Shown here: positions 1 through 13,869 of the stretch, piece by piece
Layout: each line of letters begins with the position of its first letter
Position numbering within the stretch: the first letter of the stretch is position 1
NCBI RefSeq assembly: GCF_000315625.1
Contig: NW_005434662.1
Span: 603,064-641,548, forward strand
Length of the DNA: 38,485 nt
Reading direction: 5' to 3'
Source: Guillardia theta CCMP2712
Lineage: Eukaryota; Protista; Cryptophyta
Position numbers and translations under genes: made by a program
Notes under the pieces: model-generated
What the model was told of the DNA's origin: nothing
The model's input: the letters and a program-made list of their open reading frames with translations, nothing else
Database searches by the model: none

Positions 1-4269
<4,269 letters not shown>

Positions 4270-4412
4270 ACAGAGTGCATTAAAGACTGTAACACAAAGC
4301 CATCTCGTTTCTCTGCTCTTCTCTTCTTCTCTCTTCCCTTCTCTTCATCTTCATAACATATACTTGTTCCAGATCGTCGTCATTTATTCTGCTCCTCGCT
4401 TCACCTCTTCCC

Positions 4413-6845
4413 TTAGTCGTTGTTTGCATGCTCAAACTCGTACACGTAGAAGAGGCCGATGAGCTTGTGGAGGGCGAGAGCGACGAGAGCGCAGGAGAGG
4501 GAGGAGGAGAGCGCGACGACGCCGTGAGAGAGAGCGACGGAGGCGAGCGAGAGGCCGACGAAGAGGCCGCGGGCAAGCTTGAGGTTCTGAACAGCATCCT
4601 GACAGACCTGAAACACTCAAATCAACATCCCTCGACGTCCTTGTCTCTTTCAGCTCATCTCGTTTCACATCACATCATCGCTCCTCATCATATCACCACA
4701 CCTTAGTTCTCCACTGATCAGATCATGATACCCTCCAACTCATCTCACATCATCTCATACGAACATCCCTTCATCTCCGCCGTTTCTTTCACACGCCATC
4801 TTCTCTTCTCTCACCTTGCAATTCTTCGTGTGCGCATTGTACACGTCAAAGAGTTTGCGCTTGTCGAACTCACGAGGTGGCATCGAGGAAGTGCCTTCTG
4901 CTTCCTTGTCACTGTCTTCCCTCCCTCCTCTTCCTCCCTCCCTCCCTCCTCGCCTTTCCTCCTTCCCTCCCTCACCTTTCCATGGAACGCCACCGTTGGC
5001 AAAGACGCGGAGCCAGTTGCGGAAGAAAGTGACGCCCTTGTCTTGGGGTTGAAGCAAGCAAGTCTGAAGAAGCGAATGAGAAGAGGAGGGGAGGGAGGAG
5101 CGCAGGTCAAGCAACAGTCTTCACCTTATCTCCGTATCTCTCAGTGGATCCTGCCAAGAGTTGTCATGGGACAGATCCATCGAACATATGGGACGAGCAG
5201 GGAGTGCAGGAGCAGGAGCAGGAGCAGGAAGTGTAGGTGCAGGAGCAGGAAGTGTAGAGCAGGAGCAGGAGCGGGAGCGGGAGCGGGAGCAGCGAGAGCA
5301 GCCATGAGACTAAGAGTATCACCTTGCATGTTGCGATAGCCCGCATCTGCAAGGATCTTCTCCTGGTGGTGGAGCAGCACCATGTCCTGATGGAGAAACA
5401 GGGAGGCAAGCACATGGTTCAACCACTTGGGCATCGGGAGGGCAAAGAAGCCAAGGCCAGGTGCCAGAGCCCCATCCTCTCCTTTCACGAGGACCTGCCC
5501 TTACGTCAAGTTGGAAACAAACCTTGTTTTCTCCCCTTCCGTCTCCCCTCTCCTCCCCTTCTTCCTCCCTTCCCGTTTCCTCAACTCTCCCCTCCCTTCT
5601 TCTTCCCTCCCCTCTCCCCGCCTTCATCTCTTTCCCTCTCCTCTCCTCATCCTCTTCTCTCTATCACTTTGCCCCCCTCACCTGGCATCCGATGTGTCTG
5701 ACGTATCCTGGTTTCGTCGGGGTCGCGTACAGCGCCAGGAGCGACTGGCACCCGTTGGGGAACCTGCTCTTGATCCTGACCATGCTGGGAGGAAGAAACT
5801 CCTGCACGGTGTCGCTGCCCTCTCCAAGGGGAGGAGACTTGTCGAAGGTGATGGAATGCGCGAACCCTCCCTGAGCCGTCGCGTTCCTTGTCGTCTGCAT
5901 CCTGAAGAAAGAGGGAGATGTGTATCGGTTGCCTGCAGTGGGATCATGGGTGAGAGCAGGACGATACGAGAAAGAGGGAGCGGAAGGAGGAGGGAGGGAG
6001 GGAGGGAGGGAGGGAGGGAGGGAGGGAGGAGGACACATCCTACCTACGATGCCATGATGCGAAACAGTCACGTGGGCAGGGTCGAGCACGTTTTCCATGA
6101 AGAAGTCCCACCCATAGGGCATATCCCGGATGCTCCAGGTCAGCTGCTGTGCCCTTCCCTTCAGCTCAGGGTCCTCGAGCTCTGCGATCAGAGCTGGGCT
6201 CTTCAACGCGCTCTCGATGGCAGCATCGCTCCCTGGCCCCCCTTGCTCCCCCCACACCCACAAGAGCCCTTGCGCTTGCATGGCAGGGTACGACAGGGCG
6301 CATGCTCGCTTGCTCGACATGAGGGCCTGCGCCTGCTTCTCGTTTGCCTGCGGGATGAGAGTGCACTTGCCATTGGCGTCAAACCTCCACCCGTGGTAGG
6401 AGCAGAGCAGCGTTCCGTCCTCCTCGATCCTTCCCTCGCTCAGCGGAGCCAAACGGTGGGGGCAGGCGTCCTCGAACACGTTCCACTTGTCGGACGTCTT
6501 GTCGTACCACATGACCAGGTCGTTACCGAAGAGCTGGACGTGATGAGGCTTCTTCTTGTCGAGGAACTCGATGACGGCAAGGGGGTACCACTGCTTCTTG
6601 AAGTTGAACTTCTGACCCGCGTCCCAAGCATTCAGCTCCTCTGTTTCTTGCTCGTTCTCCACAATCCAGTTCTGCACACTTGCCTGCATGCGGATCTGAG
6701 GGACAGCCTTCGACAAGGGCTTCCTGGCAAGAATGCTCGTTCGCGCTGAGATCTTTGGCCTTATGGCGGACGGTGCAAGGAACGAGAAACTAGCTACACA
6801 GGATAGCTGAAACATCACAAGGGCTGTGAAGATGGCTCGAGTCAT
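4413..6845 (-). CDS. Rieske/mononuclear-iron oxygenase of the PAO/TIC55/PTC52 family, probably plastid-targeted (multi-exon)
   Basis: Rieske motif CPHRLAPLSEG...CSYHGW, Fe site FMENVLDPAHVTVSHHGIVG, FLHQD motif and C-terminal HTKNCK|VCQDA (CxxC) followed by a hydrophobic tail. The N-terminus MTRAIFTALVMFQLSCVAS-FSF looks like a signal peptide plus an F-starting transit peptide. Confidence 0.88.
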
Positions 6846-7404
6846 CACTGTATGTCAAGGGAAGCTCTCTGACTTCTTCTCTCCTCCTCCTCCGATCTTC
6901 TTCTCTTCTTCTCCTCTTCTCACACACGCTCGTCAGCGTGCTCCTGTCTCTTCTCTACACACAAACAAGTTGCCCTTGTATCTTTCCCGACTACCCTACC
7001 CCTGTATACCAAATGGATTCTCTATACCCCTCATTATACCTTATTTCCACCCCACCTTTAATTAGATGCAACGACACATTCTGACTACCCTACCATCTTA
7101 ATGAATCTCCCTGGTTTGAGTAAAATATGTACGAGAGGTAGGGTTGTTCTAGGCTACCCTGATAGGGTAGGGTACTAGCGACTGAAAAGCCAAAGCAAGA
7201 GTCGCGTGGGGTCACCAACAGGGAAAACGAAAGGGGAGGGGAAGAGGGAGGGAGGGGAAGAGGGAGGGAAGGAGGGGAAGAGGGAGGGAGGGGAAGAGGG
7301 AGGGAGGGGAAGAGGGAGGGAGGGGAGGGAGGAGGGGGAGACGGACAAACAAACAATCTATACACAACGTTGTGAATTACTGGCTTGACAAAGAATTCGA
7401 TAAA

Positions 7405-7545
7405 CGTACCCCTCTTCACGATCTACCAGGAGAGTTGGTTCGCATGGAAAAAGCTAGCCAACAACAATGACCAAAGTCATAGACTCTAAGACATGGTCGT
7501 GTCTGAGCTGAGAGATCTCTATTGAGTGAACAGAGCAGAACTTGG
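7405..7545 (-). pseudogene. Degenerate partial copy of the 3' part of the 8408-9477 gene
   Basis: gtacccctcttc..atctaccaggagagttgg.tcgcatg matches 8391-8431, and atggtc.tgtctgagctgagagat..gcagaacttgg matches 8611-8663. About 130 bp between these blocks is deleted. Confidence 0.7.
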
Positions 7546-8407
7546 GTGTCAACAATGCACGGCAGTGAAAGGAAGACCGTGGGCACCTGAGTGACTACTG
7601 ATAGCCCGCTCGGCAAGGTGGGTTTTCACGACATCCTATGGACGAGACTCAGGGAGCAGAAGGATGAAAGTGCCAGTACGGCAAGTGCTGATCGTGAGGC
7701 CCGACAACGACGAAGGGGACGGTCAGTGGAGTGCGTATCTCAACGATGTTGGTAGCGAGCTCATAGTGGTATCGCTTCCTCACGCAATGACACTGAGCGA
7801 GGAGACTTCTATATATACAAGACTTCTATCTAATTGAAACCTCTGCTAGCTAACAATAGCCTGAGATTGACTTGTAAACAACCTGCATCTAGCTGCTCTG
7901 GTCCAGTGATTCGCCTGGTTTGAGAATACAGCCATCCTCCTTGTGTTGTCTCTAGATGCTCTCCTCCTCTCAGGAGACCCAGCTCAACATCATTTTCAGC
8001 TTCCCTGTCCGTGGATCAAGTCATTGTCGATGTAAGGAGTGCAGGGGGGGGGAGGCTTGCTTGTAGCAATATAGCTGGTGAAACCTGGTTTGTTCTTTCT
8101 GTGATCCTGAAGGAAGGAATGTTTGCGAGGAATGAGATGAATACACGACTTCTTCTTGTCGTATAGTAAAAGTAGATCGCCTTCAAGGCATGGCATTTCT
8201 GCGCAGTACATGATGCTGAAATGTTGAGAACGTGTCCATGCAGGGGGCTCATTGGTGTGATATCCAAAGGTGAGCTTCCGCAAGAGTAATTTGCTTCTTT
8301 GCACAACGTACACAGAAGAACTAATCCGAGCTCCAAAAACCACCAAAAGACGCTGTACAATAGCACACACTTGCTCTCTTCTCTAGTACAGTACCCCTCT
8401 TCTCAAT

Positions 8408-9477
8408 CTACCAGGAGAGTTGGCTCGCATGCCAGGAGCCAGCAAACACCATGACCACAGTCAGCACATAACTCATGCTCGCCCCTGCCAACAAAAACCA
8501 ACAATCACTCTCAAGCATCGCCCACGCATGCACGTTACGAGTCGCGAAGTTGCAGTAGACTCCAAACACGCTCGTGCTCGAGGTGTCCTTCTGTCATGAG
8601 AACGTATGTCATGGTCATGTCTGAGCTGAGAGATATCTACAGCGTGAAGAGCGCAGAACTTGGTCAATTCATTGCAGTATTGTTCCTTGGCATCCTTCCT
8701 GCAAGCCATTCAGCCTCCCAGCTGCCATGGACTCATCAACCATCAATACTCACTTGCACATCTCGCTCAGCGTCGTCAAGGGATTGACGCACCCCATCCC
8801 TGATCAGCGCAGAAATCGTCAAGGCATCAGTCTCGCTCTGCAGACTGGAACCGTTGGCTGCGCAGCCATTGCAGCCTGAAGGCTTCGGGTCCTGAATCTG
8901 ACAATAGTCGTACTGGCCCACCATGTGTCAGCACTCTTCCGCTACTTACTTAGATCAGCATCACCACTCTCTGAGTCAAGGTTTTGGTTGGAATCATCCC
9001 TGGCACAGGAGTGCCGCAGCCTGTTACCTTGGTTCCCGTCTTGCAGAGCTGAATGGAAGCACTCGTGTAAGAACTTGTCAGCAATGGCAGCAAGGCATCA
9101 CCAGGTTGTAGTTTGCTTGGCATCCCTTCATCATACTCATCGTCTCCCCGGTGGAAGTATCGCATACATCGGATATCAGACTCCATGGTTGGCAATACAC
9201 GCCCGTCAGCTTTTTGGAGTTGCAGTCATTCATGATGCTGGACATTTTGTCAGGGAGCGTCTTTCACAGCATCGCACTATCACTTGCATCCAGTCATGTA
9301 GCTCATCGCGGTGCAGAGCGATTGCATATCCGTGTTGATCGCGGTGTCGTTGTAGAAGCTTGAAGAATCCTTACATGCATCAGCCGTGGGGTCATCGAAG
9401 CATGTCGCTTGGGCCTCTTTGTACAAGGCCGCCACGATGAAGAAGACTAGGACGTGTCGAACGGGAGCGATGGACAT
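8408..9477 (-). CDS. Secreted/surface Cys-Met-rich protein resembling the extracellular domain of algal CTR copper transporters (CTR3-like); about 7 exons
   Basis: Manual splicing gives MSIAPVRHVLVFFIVAALYKEAQA-TCFDDPTADACKDSSSFYNDTAINTDMQSLCTAMSYMTGCNIMNDCNSKKLTGVYCQPWSLISDVCDTSTGETMSMMKGCQANYNLLCKTGTKVTGCGTPVPGMIPTKTLTQRVYDYCQIQDPKPSGCNGCAANGMGCVNPLTTLSEMCKKDAKEQYCNELTKFCALHAKDTSSTSVFGVYCNFATRASMSYVLTVVMVFAGSWHASQLSW*. The family call rests on recalled Cys spacing. Confidence 0.65.
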
Positions 9478-9715
9478 GCTGATCCAGACAGACAATCAGC
9501 ACTAGTCCATCACAATGAATAAGGGGAGAGTTGCAAAGTTTAGAACAACAGTCAAAGCTCGAATGAAATTCTTCTAAGAATGCCAAGCCAAGGGCATGAT
9601 TTTTTGCTCGAGTGATGTACAAAAGGCATCATATTTTCACATACGTGCATGAATGCAACGAGTTCGCGAATTGGAAAAGAGACCAGATGAGCAATGGAGA
9701 CGAATGGAACAATCG

Positions 9716-9965
9716 TATACAAGTAGATGAGAAGAAGAGGGTTACATACAAGTAGATGAGAAGAAGAGGGTTACATACAAGTAGATGAGAAGAAGAGGGT
9801 TATATTCAAGTAGATGTGAAGAAGAGGGTTACATACAAGTAGATGAGAAGAAGAGGGTTGTATACAAGTAGATGAGAAGAAGAGGGTTGTATACAAGTAG
9901 ATGAGAAGAAGAGGGTTGTATACAAGTAGATGAGAAGAAGAGGGTTATATACAAGTAGGTGAGAG
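9716..9965. repeat. 29-bp minisatellite, ~8.5 copies (atacaagtagatgagaagaagagggttRY)
   Basis: Head-to-tail units with caagtag recurring at 9720, 9749 and onward; no spacers. Confidence 0.95.
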
Positions 9966-10050
9966 GAGGAGGAGAGCGCAGGGGAGATGAGGGGGCAGAA
10001 TGGACATGCATGGGAGCGATGAAGCTTGAGTGGGAGGGTGCAGAGGAAGA

Positions 10051-10186
10051 CAGTGGGTGCGTGTGTCAATTTAAAATCGGATTTTTAGCCACCACCCCTG
10101 TCTTGAAGATCGATTGCACTGGTGGAGCGCATCATTTGTACCAAAGAGATAAAAATAGCATTTTAAATTGACACACGCACCCACTA
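10051..10186. mobile_element. MITE-like element with perfect 26-bp terminal inverted repeats
   Basis: agtgggtgcgtgtgtcaatttaaaat (10052-10077) is the exact reverse complement of attttaaattgacacacgcacccact (10160-10185). Imperfect pairing continues ~10 bp inward. No clear TSD. Confidence 0.65.
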
Positions 10187-10580
10187 TCAGCCGCGCCCTG
10201 TGGCGAAGGAGACTCTAAATAAAAGTTGTGAGGAGTCCCGGTCCGGCGGCATCCGGCCGCCGCCCGACTCCCGAGGCGGCGCCGACGCGCGGCCCACTTG
10301 GATACCGGGGGGGTAGGATATTAGTCCGGCCGGGGACTCAGGCCCGCCGGCGGTACTCAGCCGGCTAGTACGGTCCGGTCACCGTGGCACGGCGGGCCGG
10401 CCCGGCGGCCGGGTCTGGGCGTCGGACCGAGGTGGCGCTACTAAGCCAGTTTGCCCATAGGTGCAAACAGGAGCCGTGAGTAAACTTGATGGATCATCGT
10501 ATGCCAGCCGGAATGGAGTACCGTGAGTGACCGTTCCAGAACAGTCACAATTTCTCACGGCTGGCATACGATCCATCAAG

Positions 10581-10651
10581 TTTACTCAAAGTTAAGTTAA
10601 AAAGCAGTACTTGAACGAGGACAATCAGGCCTGAGGAGCCTTAACTTTGAG
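10581..10651. repeat. Dispersed repeat motif, copy 1 (tttactcaaagttaagttaaaaa.cagtac...gaggacaatcagg)
   Basis: Near-identical to 34716-34758. This copy also carries a 12-bp inverted repeat, ctcaaagttaag (10585-10596) / cttaactttgag (10640-10651). Confidence 0.85.
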
Positions 10652-10875
10652 ATATGTATCTTTTTGACAGTAAAAGCATTCACAACGCAGCAACTGGCAC
10701 GTGACTTGAGGGCCCTCGGTGTAAGAGAGATCCTTTCGCTCTTTATCGAGAAAGGGCCAGAACGAAGCAACGTGTTTTCAACATTCCATATCCCCCTCCA
10801 AGAGTTGCGAGTTACGAGGTCAGGATGGTCCACATCAAGTTCACTTCCTCCTCGGAGGCTCCTCGCTAGCTCCCC

Positions 10876-11472
10876 ATGCTCCCCGCCCTCTCCGTAGATC
10901 AAGCCGTCGCTCTCCTCTACCCCCTCGATCTCTATGATGCCTCTCTACCCTCCCCTCCCCTCCTTGCCCCCTGGCTACACCTCGCCCACTACCCCGACCT
11001 CCTCCTCCCCTTCCTGCCTGATCGTGACGATCTCGATCCCTGCTCCCATCTGCCTCCTCCGTCTCCGACTGCCCCAGACCTGCCCATCCAGCACTGCTCT
11101 GCTCCCTGCTTGCTCGCTGCTGACCCCCCAACCAGCTCCCCTACCTCCCCAGCCCCCAGCCCTCCTCCTTCCTCCGCCACCGCCTCCTCCTCCTCGCCGC
11201 GTCGTGCAGTCTCTCCCTCCAAGGCTCCTCTCCACCCGACCCGGTCGACCTGGACCCCAGAGGAGCACAGGCTGTTTCTGGAGGCCTTGCGCATGTACGG
11301 GCGGGACGGGACGGGGGCGGGGCGGGAGCATGGCAAGGCCGAGGTCGGGCTCGGGCGGGGAGTAGCGGTGAAGGTGTCGAGGCACATAGGGACGAAGACG
11401 TACGGGCAGGTGCGATCTCACGCGCAGAAGCACTTTGAGAAGGAGGGGCGACGGGGATGGGGCGTGGGCTAA
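10876..11472 (+). CDS. SHAQKYF-class single-MYB transcription factor, paralogue 1 (intronless)
   Basis: RSTWTPEEHRLFLEALRMYG...HIGTKTYGQVRSHAQKHF with a Pro/Ser-rich N-terminus. Confidence 0.85.
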   Translation: MLPALSVDQAVALLYPLDLYDASLPSPPLLAPWLHLAHYPDLLLPFLPDRDDLDPCSHLPPPSPTAPDLPIQHCSAPCLLAADPPTSSPTSPAPSPPPSSATASSSSPRRAVSPSKAPLHPTRSTWTPEEHRLFLEALRMYGRDGTGAGREHGKAEVGLGRGVAVKVSRHIGTKTYGQVRSHAQKHFEKEGRRGWGVG

Positions 11473-12288
11473 CGAAGGAAAGAAATCTACCAGCAAGGCT
11501 GTAAAATTTGATGCGGCCGTAGCATGTACTCGGACTGTGATATAAAACGCCTCTCAACGTTATTCTCTCTGCTTGGCGTTGATCTGAGTTCGGCAGTGAT
11601 CTGATTGACGTTGGACTTGGGTTTGTGAGATAAAATGCTTCACCTTATTCCTTGTGGGTGGCAAGTGCTGTAAATGAGCCTAATTTGCCTGTGTTTTATG
11701 CGTGTGCAGCCTACATCAACTGTCTAGCCAAGCTTGAATACAGCCAATCATTGATTTTGCGCTTTCTTTAAGCCTTCCCACGAGCAAATGTTTTGTTCCA
11801 TAATGTCGCCTTACTTCATTTTCACTTCATTCACTTCTTTGAATTATTAGACTGTTGTTGTAGTACGTACTACACATGATCCAAATGTTGGGTCATGCGA
11901 TGTTGGCAGAACATATCTATGCTTTAATGGTCTTTATTGAAAATTCTGTATGCTTTCGTACAATCGCATCAGTTGCTGTTCAACGACATTCTAGGGAACG
12001 AGTAGCGTCAGGAAAGAGTTGAGATACAAATTAGAGCAGATGTAAACACGTCTGATGCGTGTGCTACCCGAGTCCAACAATATGAATCTTCCTGCAGTTG
12101 TATACCATGAAGTACATCACTGATTTATTTGTTGCAGGGAAGCATTTGCCACAACCAGAGCACCTGTGTTTTTCTAGCAGTACATCATCTGACATTTAAA
12201 TTGATTTTTTCTCCAAATCTTGAATTCGTCCTTCTCCTTCCATATCAAACAATCGTTCTTGATCAGTAGAAATTTCAACTTCTGTCAC

Positions 12289-13050
12289 TCATTCGGCGAT
12301 TTTCTGTTTTTTGGTTGGCTTTTTATCTCCTTCGGTTTTCCTATCACATGCATCAGTCTAAACCCGCACAAGTTCACATGACACCTCCCCAGGGCTTTTG
12401 CCATCTCCTTGTCACTGACATCTTTTCCTGCATTGGAGTCGTTGCCGTGCGAGACGTTCTCGGCATGGTTGTTTGCATTCATCTAGAGCACGGTGAGCAT
12501 CTCACGGTCCAGTACTGCAGTTGACCTTCTTGGTTGCTCCCACAAACTCTTTGGCCATCCTCTTGAAGTCTTTGATCTGCATGACGCCATAATCCTCCAT
12601 CTGCCGACAAGATCATGAAAACAAACACGATCCGTGGTTGTCTACTGGTTTGTTGAAGCCTCCGAAAGATCTTCGTCCTGGACAGTAACGGATCAAAGGA
12701 TTTCCTTCCTCTGATCGAAGAATCGCATTGAGGGCAGCTTCCTCGAGCCCTCTAGATGCTCTCGACTCTTCACCGGTCCTTGCTGCATAGCTCAACTCCT
12801 GCGCCTTCCTCTGCATGAACTGCGACGGCTCCTCAGTCTCATAGCCAGCCCGTCAAACACTTTTCGCTCACTCTCATGGACGTCACTTTCGAAGACAGCT
12901 GAGCTGGTTGTATGCTGGAGATTGATGGGCTAGAATCTTTCGGTCCATTTGTCTCTTTTTCGGGTTTCACCTGAAAAGAGTCATTGAATCTCAAGTCAAC
13001 ACTTCACAGACGTTGTCCACCTTAGCAAACGCTCTTTGCTGCTTCACCAT
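12289..13050 (-). CDS. MPP6: M-phase phosphoprotein 6 (nuclear exosome cofactor), ~6 short exons
   Basis: Spliced: MVKQQRAFAK|VKPEKE...QLSSKVTSMR|FMQRKAQE...CPGRRSFGGFNKP|MEDYG...GATKK|MNANN...KDVSDKEMAKALGR|KTEGDKKPTKKQKIAE*. It contains the LSxxxxxM(K/R)FMQR, GRxSFGGFN and DVSDxEMA motifs of MPP6. Confidence 0.85.
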
Positions 13051-13869
13051 GATATGAGGTAGGAATATGGCAAAGTTGCAATAAAGATGCTCACAATCCT
13101 GCGTTCAACATGAGTTGACCTCAACAACCTGTTGACTTGCTTGCATACAGCCGATGCCTCCACTTCCTTATCTCATCTCACAGTTACTTGGCCCATCCTC
13201 TTGTTTGGAACTCTTATCATCTTCTCCTCTTCTCCCCATCTTAGCTTCGTCTTTTATCGTAACAGATTTCCTGCTCTTCGACCTCCATCGCCCTCGCCCT
13301 CGCCATCGCCTGCCCCCAAACTACCACTCCGCTGCCACTTCACGTGCCCATGGCAACTGGTGAACACCAAACGCGCCCGCCTCAGTTGTATTCAACTGAG
13401 TTCCGACGCCGGGCGGCCGAGCTGAGCCTCGGGCCAGGGAACTTGTGTCCGGACTCCGGAGGCTCCGAGGCTGGCCGACCGCTTACCGCGTTCAGTTATT
13501 TTTGTACGAGATTCTCCCTTCTCTCCTGGTACTAATCTTGTAGTGGCTCGGCAGTGGATATGTATCTTATTGAGGGTCGCAGAACTTCCGAGCTTGATGC
13601 ACGTGAGCAACTCGGGCAGGGTCACCCGGTCAGCGAGCCTCGCACAGAGTCACAGACCCTTTGGGGCCAGAACGAAACAGCCTCTTTTCGAACGAGTCCC
13701 ATAGGTGCTTCAGGGCACAGTTTTTGCGCGGTATTGTCCGAGTGGTCATTTAAAAAAAATCCCCCTCCAAGAGTTGCGAGTTACAAGGTTGGAATAGTTG
13801 CAGTACTAACCTGCCCATCCTCGCCACAGCACCTCCGAGTCCACCTCGGAGGCTCCTCGCTAGCTCCCC

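Noticed and set aside
5427-6749. 440-aa plus-strand ORF
   Set aside because: Antisense shadow of the GC-rich PAO-family coding sequence.
7560-8370. Coding-like fragments, including ORF 7996-8370 (GDLLLLYDKKKSCIHLIPRK)
   Set aside because: No coherent gene model or recognisable domain; possibly a gene remnant, but it cannot be supported without a search.
9716-9965. CRISPR-like array (29-bp repeats)
   Set aside because: The units are contiguous with no unique spacers, there are no cas genes, and the context is eukaryotic.
11480-12280. Possible transposon remnant between MYB1 and MPP6
   Set aside because: AT-richer sequence with no ORF, TIR or transposase motif seen; consistent with UTR/intergenic DNA.
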